Source of the DNA: Octopus sinensis
Lineage: Eukaryota
Assembly (NCBI RefSeq): GCF_006345805.1
Contig: NW_021836441.1
Span: forward strand, 1 to 24,338
Reading direction: 5' to 3'
Length of the DNA: 24,338 nt
Of this stretch, positions 1-10,292 are shown piece by piece. The notes beneath the pieces were generated by a model. It was not told where the DNA came from. It was given only the letters and a program-made list of their open reading frames with translations, and did not search any database. Made by a program: the position numbers and the translations under genes. The first letter of the stretch is position 1. Each line of letters starts with the position of its first letter.

Positions 1-15
1 ACTTAAAAGCTTTGA

Positions 16-186
16 GGCGTAGGAGTGGCTGTGTGGTAAGTTGCTTGCTTACCAACCACATGGTTCCGGGTTCAGTCTCACTGCGTGGCACCTTGGGCAA
101 GTGTCTTCTACTATAGCCTCGGGCCGACCAAAGCCTTGTGAGTGGATTTGGTAGACGGAAACTGAAAGAAACCCGTCGTATATATG

Positions 187-217
<31 letters not shown>

Positions 218-425
218 ATGTTTGTGTGCCTGTGTTTGTCCCCCAAACATCGCTTGACAACAGATGCTGGTGTGTTTACGTCCCCGCAACTTAGCGGCTC
301 GGCAAAAGAGACCGATAGAATAAGTTCTAGGCTTTCAAAGAATAAGTCCTGAGGTCGATTTGCTCGACTAAAGGCGGTGCCCCAGTATGGCCACAGTCAA
401 ATGACTGAAACAAGTAAAAAGAGTA
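16..425 (+). mobile_element. tRNA-derived SINE, family A (full length, with internal TA/TG microsatellite)
   Basis: Pol III A-box-like TGGCTGTGTGG, B-box-like GGTTCAGTC and CORE-like CCTTGGGCAAGTGTCTT. Clearly homologous copies at 10653-11086, 11237-11625, 15700-16098 and 23468-23840. Confidence 0.9.
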
Positions 426-499
426 AACATTTGTTTGTCTTATATCTATCTTTGTCGATATTTTTCTTCTGTTCTTTTCTTTTTATACAGAAGAGCTAA

Positions 500-678
500 G
501 TTTCTTCAGGTTCTTTAAATTCTGAGCTCAAATCCCGCAGAGGTCAACTATGCATTTCATCCTTTCGAGATCGATAAAATCACGTACCAGTCAAGTACTG
601 GGGGTCTTTGTAATCGACTTGCCCCCCCCCCACTCTCCCCGCCCTTCAAAATTTCCTGCCTTGTACCAAGATTAGAAA
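500..678 (+). mobile_element. degenerate SINE, family M (central GCCTTTCATCCTTTCGGGGTCGATAAA-type domain)
   Basis: CTGAGCTCAAATCCCGCAGAGGTCAACTATGCATTTCATCCTTTCGAGATCGATAAAA aligns by eye with the reverse complement of the units at 8556-8926. Confidence 0.8.
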
Positions 679-1123
679 TAGTATATAAAAAGCATTAGAT
701 TTTTTTTGTAGTCTTCTGTGGATTTCCGGCTTCACAACGGACGCTCATATTGATTGAAGGCATAAAATATATACCATCTGGTATTTACCTATGTACTCAA
801 AGAAAGATTGACCAAATAACTTGTATGAGGAACAGTAGGAGCGGAGATCCATTATCAGCTACGACTTAGACTGAGCAACAACAGCAGTCAGATGATATGA
901 AAATAAGTGGTCAAGCCATTTGTCAAGTTATGAAGGAAACTCCTTCAGAATGGTTGCGTCATAGACATGATTAGCACACTGCACGTACGTTAGATTTTAA
1001 CGAAGAATTCATTATCCAAATGACACTTCCATCACCATAGCAACAAAAACAACAGCAAAAGCAATAATAGTAACAACAAAATTACAAGAACAACAGCAAG
1101 AAGCCAAAGAGGAATCTGTATGT

Positions 1124-1288
1124 CAGTGGTTTTCAACCGGGGTCCCTATGATACCTGGTGCTCTATATAAGATTTTAGGGGGAGGGAGAGCGCACAAGCA
1201 AAATAGTAAAGTAGGGATCCACAGTATTATTTTAAGGGCCCATGACAAAATTTTGTTTTCGATGTATTTATTAGAAGAAACAGCTGCA
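1124..1288 (+). mobile_element. hAT-like non-autonomous DNA transposon (MITE), left end
   Basis: Starts CAGTGGTTTTCAACC, a typical hAT/Charlie-type terminus, followed by GGGGTCC-like subterminal motifs (GGGGTCCC, GGGATCCA, GGGCCCA). No matched right end with a TSD was found. Confidence 0.6.
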
Positions 1289-1641
1289 TTTCTCTAACGT
1301 TTCTCTAACGTTTAACGTTTCTCTAACGTTTCTCTAGCGTTTAACGTTTCTCTAGCGTTTAACGTTTCTCTAACGTATAACGTTTCTCTAACGTTTAACG
1401 TTTCTCTAACGTTTCTCTAGCGTTTAACGTTTCTCTAACGTTTAACGTTTCTCTAACGTTTGACGTTTCTCTAACGTTTAACGTTTTTCTAACGTTTAAC
1501 GTTTCTCTAACGTTTGACGTTTCTCTAACGTTTAACGTTTCTCTAACGTTTCTCTAACGTTTCTCTAACGTGTCTCTAACGTTTGACGTTTCTCTAACGT
1601 TTAACGTTTATCTAACGGTTAACATTTCTCTAACGTTTAAC
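1289..1641. repeat. minisatellite built from TTTCTCTAACG (11 bp) and TTTAACG (7 bp) units, main period 18 bp
   Basis: Directly visible tandem array with few substitutions. Confidence 0.97.
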
Positions 1642-1907
1642 ATGGTTCTGTCTCCTGAAAGATGTTCTCTCAGAGAATTCTGTCGCAAAGCTACGCAAGT
1701 GAACGTGAGAACTTGTATGATCTGGTACAACAAGTATCAAGAGGTCAGTAGATATCAGGGAACAAAATTTGTGTGGAGTTAGCTTTTCCTAAGTGAGCAG
1801 CTAAAAAGCTGAAGGGCCTTATTTGCTTTGGATGACCTTCACCTGGGGGCAATTCCGTGATATATAGTTCAACCCTTTGCTGAAACTCTGACAAGTTGCT
1901 GCGACTT

Positions 1908-2133
1908 GGGGTCATTGTTGTAGAGCTGAAAAAGAAGTAATTTCTACACTTCTCCTCTGGAAGCCATCTACTCGCAATAACAGAGGGCGCACACTCTCCT
2001 ACCCTGATGTAATCTCCAGGGATACAGGCATCCAGCAACAGGACCTCCGTAATGCCATGATGGACCGTGAAGTCTAGCGTAGCATGGTAAATTCCATTGT
2101 CTCGACCACGGTCGAACAATAATGATGATGATG
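1908..2133 (+). mobile_element. RTE-clade LINE, 5'-truncated 3' end
   Basis: Frame from 1910 reads GHCCRAEKEVISTLLLWKPSTRNNRGRTLSYPDVISRDTGIQQQDLRNAMMDREV*RSMV, matching the RTE C-terminal GH..R...LLW.P...RGR...D...AMDR..WR pattern (W mutated to TAG). Small hairpin TCGAC-CACG-GTCGA at 2102-2115 and an (ATG)n tail. Confidence 0.85.
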
Positions 2134-2835
2134 GGGTCAAAGCAGACCTGAAAACAATGTAAGAGGTGGTTCCATGCTTCCCAAAACCCCCTGGAATTCC
2201 CGAACCGGATGCAGTTAAGTCATACTCAGGAGAAGTCTGTGGAATACTTTGCCGATTACATGGTAATTCAAAGAGCACGTAATGCAGTGAATCACAACAA
2301 GAGAATAATCACCGTCGAAACCAACGGAGATCCACTACTTTACAAAAAACTTAACGGCGTATCTTTGGTAGGATGTGATCTCAGAAACAATGTGCTTGTA
2401 ATCCAATGCCGTAATCATTTAATCATTTGTCTCCGGTGTATGGTGGGGGGTGGGAAGTCATAATTTTGAGAAAGGCATCCTGTCGAGTCAGCCCACATAA
2501 ACTGGTGATCGATCATTTTGACAAATGAGCCAGATATCAGATATCGGCTACGAGCACAAATGCCATCGTTCATTCCAGATCAAATGTGCACAAGAATAAA
2601 CAGGAATTCTAATATTTCATGACAACCCACAAATCCCAAATACCAAGATGTTTGGCGTTTTAATTTTTCTTTTTGTTTTGAAAATACTTATGTAAGTCAC
2701 TAAAGGAATTAAAACAACAACAACAACAACAACAACAGAAGCAACAACAACTACTACTAATACAACAAAATATTTGTCTGTCAGTTCCGTATAATAGTAT
2801 ATATATATTTCATTTTAATATTTTAAATACTCACA

Positions 2836-3000
2836 GCTCCGACGTGATTGTGTGACTGAGCCGTTTGCTTCAAAAACCACGTGGACCCCAGTTTAACTCC
2901 ACTACCCGGAACCTTGTGCAAGTGTCTTTTGCTGCAGGCCGCTCAATGCCTTATGAATATGTTTGGCAAATGGAAACTTGTGTGGAAGCGCGTCGTGTAA
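2836..3000 (+). mobile_element. highly degenerate SINE family A, 5' half
   Basis: CCTTGTGCAAGTGTCTT...TTTGGCAAATGGAAACT...GAAGCGCGTCGT is colinear with 16-180. Confidence 0.7.
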
Positions 3001-3053
3001 ACATACGCGCGTGTGTGTATGTGAGTGTGTGTGTACTTATACATACGTATATC

Positions 3054-3087
<34 letters not shown>

Positions 3088-3096
3088 ATAATGAAA

Positions 3097-3426
3097 GTGA
3101 GGGCGCGTGGCTTAGTGGTTAGGGCATTCGGCTCATGATCGTAAGGTTGTGAGTTCGATTCCCGGCGACGCGTTGTGTCCTTCAGCAAGACACTTTATTT
3201 CACGTTGCTCCAGTCCACTCAGCTGGCAAAAATGAGTTGTACTTGTATTTCAAAGGGTCAGCCTTGTCACTCTCTGTGTCACGCTGATTATCCCCGAGAA
3301 CTACGTTAAGGGTACACGTGTCTGTGGAATGCTCAGCCATTTGCACGTTAATTTCACGAGCAAGCTGTTCCGTTGATCGTATCAGCTGGGACCCTCGTCG
3401 TCGTAACCGGCGGAGTCTTTAAAGTT
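3097..3426 (+). mobile_element. tRNA-derived SINE family B (CORE-like centre, tail X), full length with 11-bp TSD
   Basis: A box TGGCTTAGTGG, B box GAGTTCGATTC, CORE-like TTGTGTCCTTCAGCAAGACAC. TSD TAATAATGAAA at 3086-3096 and 3427-3437. Confidence 0.92.
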
Positions 3427-3559
3427 TAATAATGAAAATAATGATAAAAGTAATAACAAAAGAATGAGACCTCGATATTAGATAAATAGAGGATTATTTA
3501 TATACGAGCAAAACGCCCTCCGTATATTGGACGGTGCTGAGTTGTCAAACATTAAACCA

Positions 3560-3617
3560 AATTTTCTGAAAACAGCTTGTCCGACCGTCCCATAGGCCTC
3601 CCCTTTGAGAAACACTG
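3560..3617 (-). mobile_element. isolated hAT-like terminus
   Basis: Reverse complement begins CAGTGTTTCTCAA. The inner boundary is uncertain. Confidence 0.4.
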
Positions 3618-3924
3618 ATTTAACCTAAATTTGAGACACCAGCAAAAGAAGAAATAAAGATAGACTTTTTTTCTATTCCAAAGAAAAACAATTTTATTCA
3701 CACAAATATGCAACCGAAGAGTTTAAAGTACCAGTAATGATAAGGCTGTTGACTAGGAGAACACAACATGGTTTAAACAGTAAGCTTGGCAGGAAAGAAA
3801 CGTGCCTTTAAGCAGTACAAAAACAACAAAAAATGGAAGGTGCAGTTATGTACAGGTTGACGCAGAAAATAAGCTTTATCGATCGCATTCTCCCCTGGAA
3901 TCGATTTTTGTAATTTTTTCAAGA

Positions 3925-4040
3925 CTTATACATGCCGTGATACCGTCGGTATCTACATACCAAATTTGAGCGCAATCGGATGGAAGATGCTCGAGATCCT
4001 AGAACACACACACAGACAGAACGGATTTTATATGAGAAGT
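3925..4040 (+). mobile_element. possible non-autonomous Helitron/DINE-like end fragment
   Basis: CTACATACCAAATTTGAGCGCAATCGGATG...ACACACACAGACAGA...TTTTATAT resembles the layout of invertebrate non-autonomous Helitron-type termini. Recognised from memory only. Confidence 0.3.
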
Positions 4041-4130
4041 TATAATTTTGAACATACAGTAAAAGGTTGTCATCATAATACGAGAATGTATCGTGGCTCT
4101 TCGCTCCGACATTCGAAACTCCGAGGACTA

Positions 4131-4920
4131 CAGGGTGTTCAATTTAAAAGTTGACTCGATTGATTAACTGTCAAAATATTGGCTCTCTCTGATTGGCTCA
4201 GACTAGCTCTCTTTGATTGGCTCGCTATGCCAAATTGATTTTAGCCTTTTACAAGTGTAACGCATTCATTTGAGATTTCTTCTGGAGTCGTAATGGTGTT
4301 ATCAGTGCAGTAACGTTAATTTATTGTGGAATCTTATTTTAGATCAGAACGTTTTATCAATGGGCGACGGATTTATTCCTTTGACAGTTGCGTTACCGAT
4401 TTTAAGATCGAATATCCAAAGGTGCCTCCGCCAACAAAACAGGAGATTAATGTTCTGAATAAAAAGTTTAGGAAGACGGGCTCAGTAGAAAATAAGAAAC
4501 ACGTTCGCCGACGTACCCGCCTTTCTGATGATGTTGTGGAAGATATCCGTCAACGAATTCTTCGCAGTCCCAGGAAATCTGTGCAACATTTGTCTCATGA
4601 AATTGGATTATGTTGGCAGCTGCCATACTGCTCTTCGCAAATCGCTGAAATTGTACCCATACCACGTGTCTTTCTTATATGAACTTATTCATGCTGATTT
4701 TTTTAAAAGATTGGATTACTGCAAATGGTTTCAAGACAACATGGATGACACCCAACTTGACATGACTTTCTTCAATGACGAGGCTTGGATTCACCTATCG
4801 GGATACCTAAATTCGCAAACCAGTCGCATCTGGAGTGCTCACAATCCTCACGAGTTTGTCGAATCACCCTTACATGCAGTGAAGATTGGTGTATGGATGA
4901 CTATCAGCAGGAGAAGAAGA
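4131..4920 (+). mobile_element. Tc1/mariner DNA transposon, 5' half
   Basis: TA at 4129-4130 followed by CAGGGTGTTC, a TIR-like start, then a transposase remnant. The right half is missing. Confidence 0.88.
4293..4920 (+). pseudogene. mariner-type transposase pseudogene (possibly rosa/DD41D-like, with a DUF4817-type N-terminus)
   Basis: MVLSVQ*R*FIVESYFRS...KKFRKTGSV...RSPRKSVQHLS (HTH region), a frameshift near 4610, then LKLYPY...FFNDEAWIHLSGYLNSQTSRIWSAHNPH...PLHAVKIGVW containing the first catalytic D. Two early stops; truncated before the second D. Confidence 0.88.
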
Positions 4921-5372
4921 GTCGCTTTCTAACCCAGATCCAATGCTCCTTCATTGGAATTTCAACAACATCAACAGGATATGTATGTATGTGTGTGAGT
5001 ACTTTGTATGTGTAGATTTGTATGTTTTGCTTTATGTGTTTATTGTCATGCATATAGTTGCATATCTTAGACATGCTCATATATACTTAAATGATAAACT
5101 TCTGGAAAGTCTTACAGATTTTTACAGTTCCAGTGATGGCTTGGATCTGTAGTCTTCTGATCAGCTTTTTCGTTTCTGGTTTTGAGAAGCATAATTTCCC
5201 AAGATTGGTATTTAGGCGGTGTGTTACATATCCCAGTGCCCCAATAATTGTAGGTATAAGCCTGAACATGTAAATCTAGATGGAGCCATTGTAGATTTCT
5301 TAATAGTTCAGCGTAAGTATTTTCTTTTTCGCTGATCTTTAGTTCTATGTTAACATCTGCCAGGAGCTGATT
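4919..5372 (-). mobile_element. REL-endonuclease non-LTR retrotransposon (R4/Dong-like), subfamily C, 3' fragment
   Basis: Minus strand reads ADVNIELKISEKENTYAELLRNLQ / FRLIPTIIGALGYVT...AITGTVKICKTFQKFII* (stop 5087-5089), homologous to the ADDNVSLKEMEKLSKY...IPIIVGALG segment at 12.2 kb. The 5' end abuts (CATA)n. Confidence 0.82.
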
Positions 5373-5765
<393 letters not shown>

Positions 5766-6210
5766 TATGTATGTATGTATGTATGTATGTATGTATGTAT
5801 GTACGTGTGTTTGTGTGTCTCTATGTGTGTATTTGATTGGACATATGAGTGTGAAGTGTGTGTATACGAACACGTGTTTTAACAATGTCGCACTCAATAT
5901 CATATGGAACAAAATTGTAGTGAAAGTAAAGCAATAAGGTCGACGACGACGACGACAACCTCAATAACAAGAAGGGCGACTACAACAACAACAACAACAA
6001 CAACAACTGCAATAACAACAACAGTACAAATGTATAAAATAGTTCAAGAAAGTACTCGACATCTCATCCTGAACAAAAAAAAAAAACCAAAAAAAAAACA
6101 CTTAGAATAAAATGAAATGCAATAAGAATTAACAAAAATAATAACACGTCACAATTTGACATTTGGACAAATTGTTCAAGGGAGAAAACCCATACCGACA
6201 AATGACTTAC

Positions 6211-6269
6211 ACCGTTTAACAAGATGTCAAGATTTTGTCCTCTATGTGTCTTCCAGTGCAAGCGAGTTT
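6211..6269 (-). other. candidate 59-bp spliced exon
   Basis: Pyrimidine tract TTATTTTTCTTC plus AAAG acceptor, and a consensus GTAAGT donor (plus 6205-6210). One open frame, (E)TRLHWKTHRGQNLDILLNG, with no recognised homology. Confidence 0.25.
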
Positions 6270-6644
6270 CTTTGAAGAAAAATAACACAATAAATAAATA
6301 AATAAAAACAATAGACAATATAAAATAAGGCAAGTCTACTTAATGGCATGTGTTTTTGCGGTTATACTTTCGATGTTGGTTTTTGGAGTTTTTCTTTCGG
6401 TTTTGTAAGACATGGTTTTGTTTTTCTTGTTGTTGGTGGTGTTGATGTTTCAAGCGATTTCGTTCTTTAATCTGCAATGGTTTAAGTTTAAATAGGTTCA
6501 AGCAAGCGAATTAAAACCCTTTCAATACACTGGAGAAAGATACGCAAAACAATGTCAATAGGAATGCTTGTGTGTTTTAATTTACACGTCTATGTAAGTA
6601 CAATACGCACGTACACATTTGTATATATGTACTTGTATATGCAT

Positions 6645-6694
<50 letters not shown>

Positions 6695-6704
6695 GTACTT
6701 TTAA

Positions 6705-6862
6705 GCGCAGGTGTGTGGTAACACGTTTGCTTCCCAACTACATGGTTCTGGGTTCAGTCCTATTGCGTTGTCACCTGAGGCAAGTGTCTTTTACTATAAC
6801 TTTGGGCCAACCAAAACCTTGTGAGTGGATTTGGTAGACTGATACTGAAAGAAGGCCCTCGT
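6705..6862 (+). mobile_element. SINE family A, 5' half
   Basis: CATGGTTCTGGGTTCAGTCC...GGCAAGTGTCTT...CCTTGTGAGTGGATTTGGTAGAC matches 16-180. Confidence 0.85.
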
Positions 6863-6863
6863 T

Positions 6864-6900
6864 TATCTATCTATCTATCTATCAATCTATCTATCTAGCA

Positions 6901-6941
<41 letters not shown>

Positions 6942-7026
6942 TCTAACTATCTATCTGTCTATCTATCTATCTATCAATCTATCTATCTGTCTATCTATCT
7001 ATCTGTCTATCTATCTATCTGTCTGC

Positions 7027-7066
<40 letters not shown>

Positions 7067-7093
7067 GTATGTATGTATGTCTATATATGTATA
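6864..7093. repeat. (TATC)n/(TGTC)n microsatellite
   Basis: Directly visible. Confidence 0.97.
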
Positions 7094-7099
7094 TAGAGG

Positions 7100-8550
7100 A
7101 TATTTTGTGACTTTACATTAGGGACATATTTGTGCCATCCAAGCAAGATATAAAGATACTTCTAAAGGATATTTGAAGTGTAATCTGCTTCACAAGGAGA
7201 TGGCAGTGGAACAAATAGTAACTGTTATCTTTTAAACAAGGTGTGGCGCTAAAAAGCAAACCCAAATTTTACTTAGTGCAATAGTTCACAGGCTAGTCAC
7301 ACAACATTTGGGAAGGAGAAGCACAAAGGTTATAATCAAGGACATGGGTGACGATGTCACCTTCGTGGTTAGAAGTTAGTCACCTTCGTAAGACAATATA
7401 GAGGTAGGTAATCGATGCAGACGTAACTTTCGGTGACATGTGGTGGGGAAGGATTACCCGGAACATACAAGTTCTCATAACCCTGAAAAGCCAGAAGCAA
7501 TACAAGAGCCGTGTCCCTGTAGTGTGCTTAGATGAAGAGCTAAAAAACTCACCATCCAAAGTAAAAGACCAAGCGCTACACATGTGGAAACAAAACTCAT
7601 TTAAGAACTTTCTGCACAGAATGAATCAAAGAGCAAAACTAACAAGAAATAAAAGATTGGGATGGAAGCACTCCGTCGGTTACGACGACGAGGGTTCCGG
7701 TTGATCCGATCAACGGAACAGCCTGCTCGTGAAATTAACGTGTAAGTGGCTGAGCACTCCACAGACACGTGTACCCCCTAACGTAGTTCTCGGGGATATT
7801 CAGCGTGACACAGAGAGTGACAAGGCCGGCCCTTTGAAATACAGGTACAACAGAAACAGGAAGTAAGAGTGAGAGAAAGTTGTGGTGAAAGAGTACAGCA
7901 GGGATCACCACCATCCCTGCCGGAGCCTCGTGGAGCTTTAGGTGTTTTCGCTCAATAAACACTCATAACGCCCAGTCTGGGAATCGAAACCGCGATCCTA
8001 CGACCGCGAGTCCGCTGCCCTAACCACTGGGCCATTGCGCCTCCACAAATAAAAGATTATGAAGATTGGCGATTCTAAGGCGATATCAGGCACAATTCGT
8101 AAGAGTCAGTAAGTAAAACAGTTCTGTCCTCATTACTACTAACGAACCATGAGACCTAACAATCCTCCACACCCCGGTGACAATCGGTGAAGAAAAGGGT
8201 AGTGACTCACAGGAACAATAATAGGTAGGAGTAAATGAACAGGAAGTACCCCCTCATAACAGTACCACCGTCTTCCCTTATAAGGATGGGATCCAGACGG
8301 AAGCCGAAGTGGGGTTACGCAGACTTCTTAAACAAAAAGCAAAGAAAAGAAAAGAAAAGAAAAGAAGAGAACCCATCCTTGCAAATCTCTAAAAGACACG
8401 AGATGCGACACCCCCACCTGCACTGAGAGCTCAATTCATACGAAGGGCAGCTAAAATATTCTGTGAGGAGGAACCAGTTCCCCACCTTGAACGAAATAAA
8501 ACCTCCAGTTCTTCGCAAGATCAACAGAGTTTAAATAAAGCTCTTGAAAG
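7100..8550 (+). pseudogene. decayed gag-like ORF1 of a retroelement, interrupted by a SINE (boundaries approximate)
   Basis: 7574-7615 translates RYTCGNKTHLRTFC, a CX2CX4HX4C zinc knuckle with the first Cys codon TGC changed to CGC. It lies in A-rich, coding-like sequence with many stops. Confidence 0.45.
7659..8046 (-). mobile_element. tRNA-derived SINE, B-type head with alternative centre and tail X, 12-bp TSD
   Basis: A box TGGCCCAGTGG, B box GGTTTCGATTC. The 3' ~180 bp is near-identical to 3240-3417. TSD AAATAAAAGATT at 7647-7658 and 8047-8058. Confidence 0.93.
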
Positions 8551-8555
8551 ATATA

Positions 8556-8926
8556 TATTTCTTTATTGCCCACAAGGGGCTAAATACAGAGAGGACAAAC
8601 AAGGACAGACAAACGGATTAAGTCGATTATATCGAGCCCCAGTGCGTAACTGGTACTTAATTTATCCACCCCGAAAGGATGAAAAGCAAAGTCGACCTCG
8701 GCGGAATTTGAACTCAGAACGTAGCGGCAGACGAAATACCTATTTCTTTACTACCCACAAGGGGATAAACACAGAGGACAAACAAGGACAGACAAACGGA
8801 TTAAGTCGATTATATCGACCCCAGTGCGTAACTGGTACTTATTTAATCGACCCTGAAAGGATGAAAGGCAAAATCGACCTCGGCTGAATTTGAACTCAGA
8901 ACGTAACGGCAGACGAAATACGCCAC
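8556..8926 (-). mobile_element. tandem dimer of 5'-truncated SINE family M (units 8556-8740 and 8741-8921)
   Basis: Two similar ~185-bp direct repeats, each with B box GAGTTCAAATTC but no A box. Possible 7-bp TSD AGATATA at 8549-8555 and 8927-8933. Confidence 0.88.
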
Positions 8927-9110
8927 AGATATACTCGTAGCTTTCAGGTGAAAGTGGGATCGCATTTTAGACAGTATAAAAAGGACAGAATAAATATTTT
9001 CGATAATCTCTACCATGCGTTAGATTTCAAAAATCCTGAGTGGTGGTGGTGGTGATGCTGGGGTTCCTTAAATTGCCCGCTACAGACCAAGAGCATAATA
9101 TATATATATT

Positions 9111-9273
9111 ATGGACTTCTTTCAGTTTACCGTCTACGAAATCTACTCTTAAGGCTTCGGTTAGCCGGTGGTTATCTTAGAAGGCACATGTCCAAGATGC
9201 AACGCAGTAGGATGGGACCCTGTACCATGCAGTTAGGAAGTAGATTTCTTATGACACTGCCACGCCTGCACCT
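9111..9273 (-). mobile_element. degenerate SINE family A, 5' half
   Basis: CTTCTTTCAGTTTACCGTCTACGAAATCTACTC...ACCATGCAGTTAGGAAG...GCCACGCCTGCACCT is the reverse complement of the family A head. Confidence 0.8.
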
Positions 9274-9436
9274 ACAGACACCTTTGTCATATATATAGCA
9301 TACTATGATTACTTTATGATTTGTCGTACTTCTCTTAAAATTTAATCTGTGCAAACACTTGCGCGTTGCTGTTGTTCGTATTGCGCCCGCGTGCGTGCTT
9401 GTAGATAAGTGTGTGTGCCTGTACATGTGCATGTGC

Positions 9437-9479
<43 letters not shown>

Positions 9480-9621
9480 TGTGTGTGCGTGTGCGGTGTG
9501 TGCATAAATGTCTGGAAAAATGCAGTAATATAACTTGTTAAACGGGTTCGAATTCCTGAACGAGCGCTCGACAAGAAAGGAGATAAAAAAAACCCAAGCC
9601 GGGTAACAGGAAAAGCCACGG

Positions 9622-9772
9622 CTACTAATACTACTACCACCACCATCACCACTAATAATACTACTACCACTACCACCACCATTACTACTACTATTGTAGT
9701 TGCTGCTGCTACTACTACTACTACTTCAATAGCTGTACTGCTGCTGCTGTTACTACTACTACTACTACTACT

Positions 9773-9815
<43 letters not shown>

Positions 9816-10069
9816 TGCTGCTACTGCTGCTGTTACTACTACTACTACTATCATCATCACCACCACCACCACCACCACCACCACCACCACCATTACTATC
9901 TTGTAAGTGGATTTCGTAGCACAAGTGGATTTCGTAGCACAAGACCAAAACCTCCCCACCAGAAATTACCAAAAACATGTAATGAAAAGAAATATTACAA
10001 GTAACTGCAGAATATGTGGAGATGGACAAGAAACAATAAATCTATCTATTATAGCTGCTGCTGCTACTA

Positions 10070-10104
<35 letters not shown>

Positions 10105-10292
10105 GCTGTTGCTGCTGCTATAGCCGCTACTGCTGCTGCTCCTCCTCCTACAACTACCATCATCACCACCACCACCACCATTACTACTACTATTATAGCT
10201 GCTGCTACTACTACTACTACAAGTACTACTACTACTACTATAAGTTTTACTATAACTACTACTGCTACTTTTGCCGCGGCTATAGCTGCAGT

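Noticed and set aside
1289-1641. Regular short repeats as a CRISPR array
   Set aside because: No unique spacers, no cas genes, and a eukaryotic context; it is a simple minisatellite.
1745-2278. 177-aa minus-strand ORF as a gene
   Set aside because: It is largely the antisense of the RTE fragment and has no recognisable domain.
2209-2463. 84-aa ORF in non-repetitive sequence
   Set aside because: No recognisable motif or splice context; the length is compatible with chance.
3099-3170. Functional tRNA gene
   Set aside because: It has A and B boxes but no proper acceptor stem, and continues into a SINE body with a TSD.
1124-3617. One composite hAT element bounded by CAGTGGTTTTCAA and the reverse complement of CAGTGTTTCTCAA
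   Set aside because: The termini match only 11/13 and the flanking 8-mers (CTGTATGT versus ATTTAACC) are not a TSD; more likely two unrelated ends.
4919-4958. Canonical hammerhead or SECIS in the LINE C 3' UTR
   Set aside because: The core reads CCAAUGA rather than CUGANGA, no stem I/III with an NUH site is evident, and SECIS helix geometry is not satisfied. Kept only as a conserved motif.
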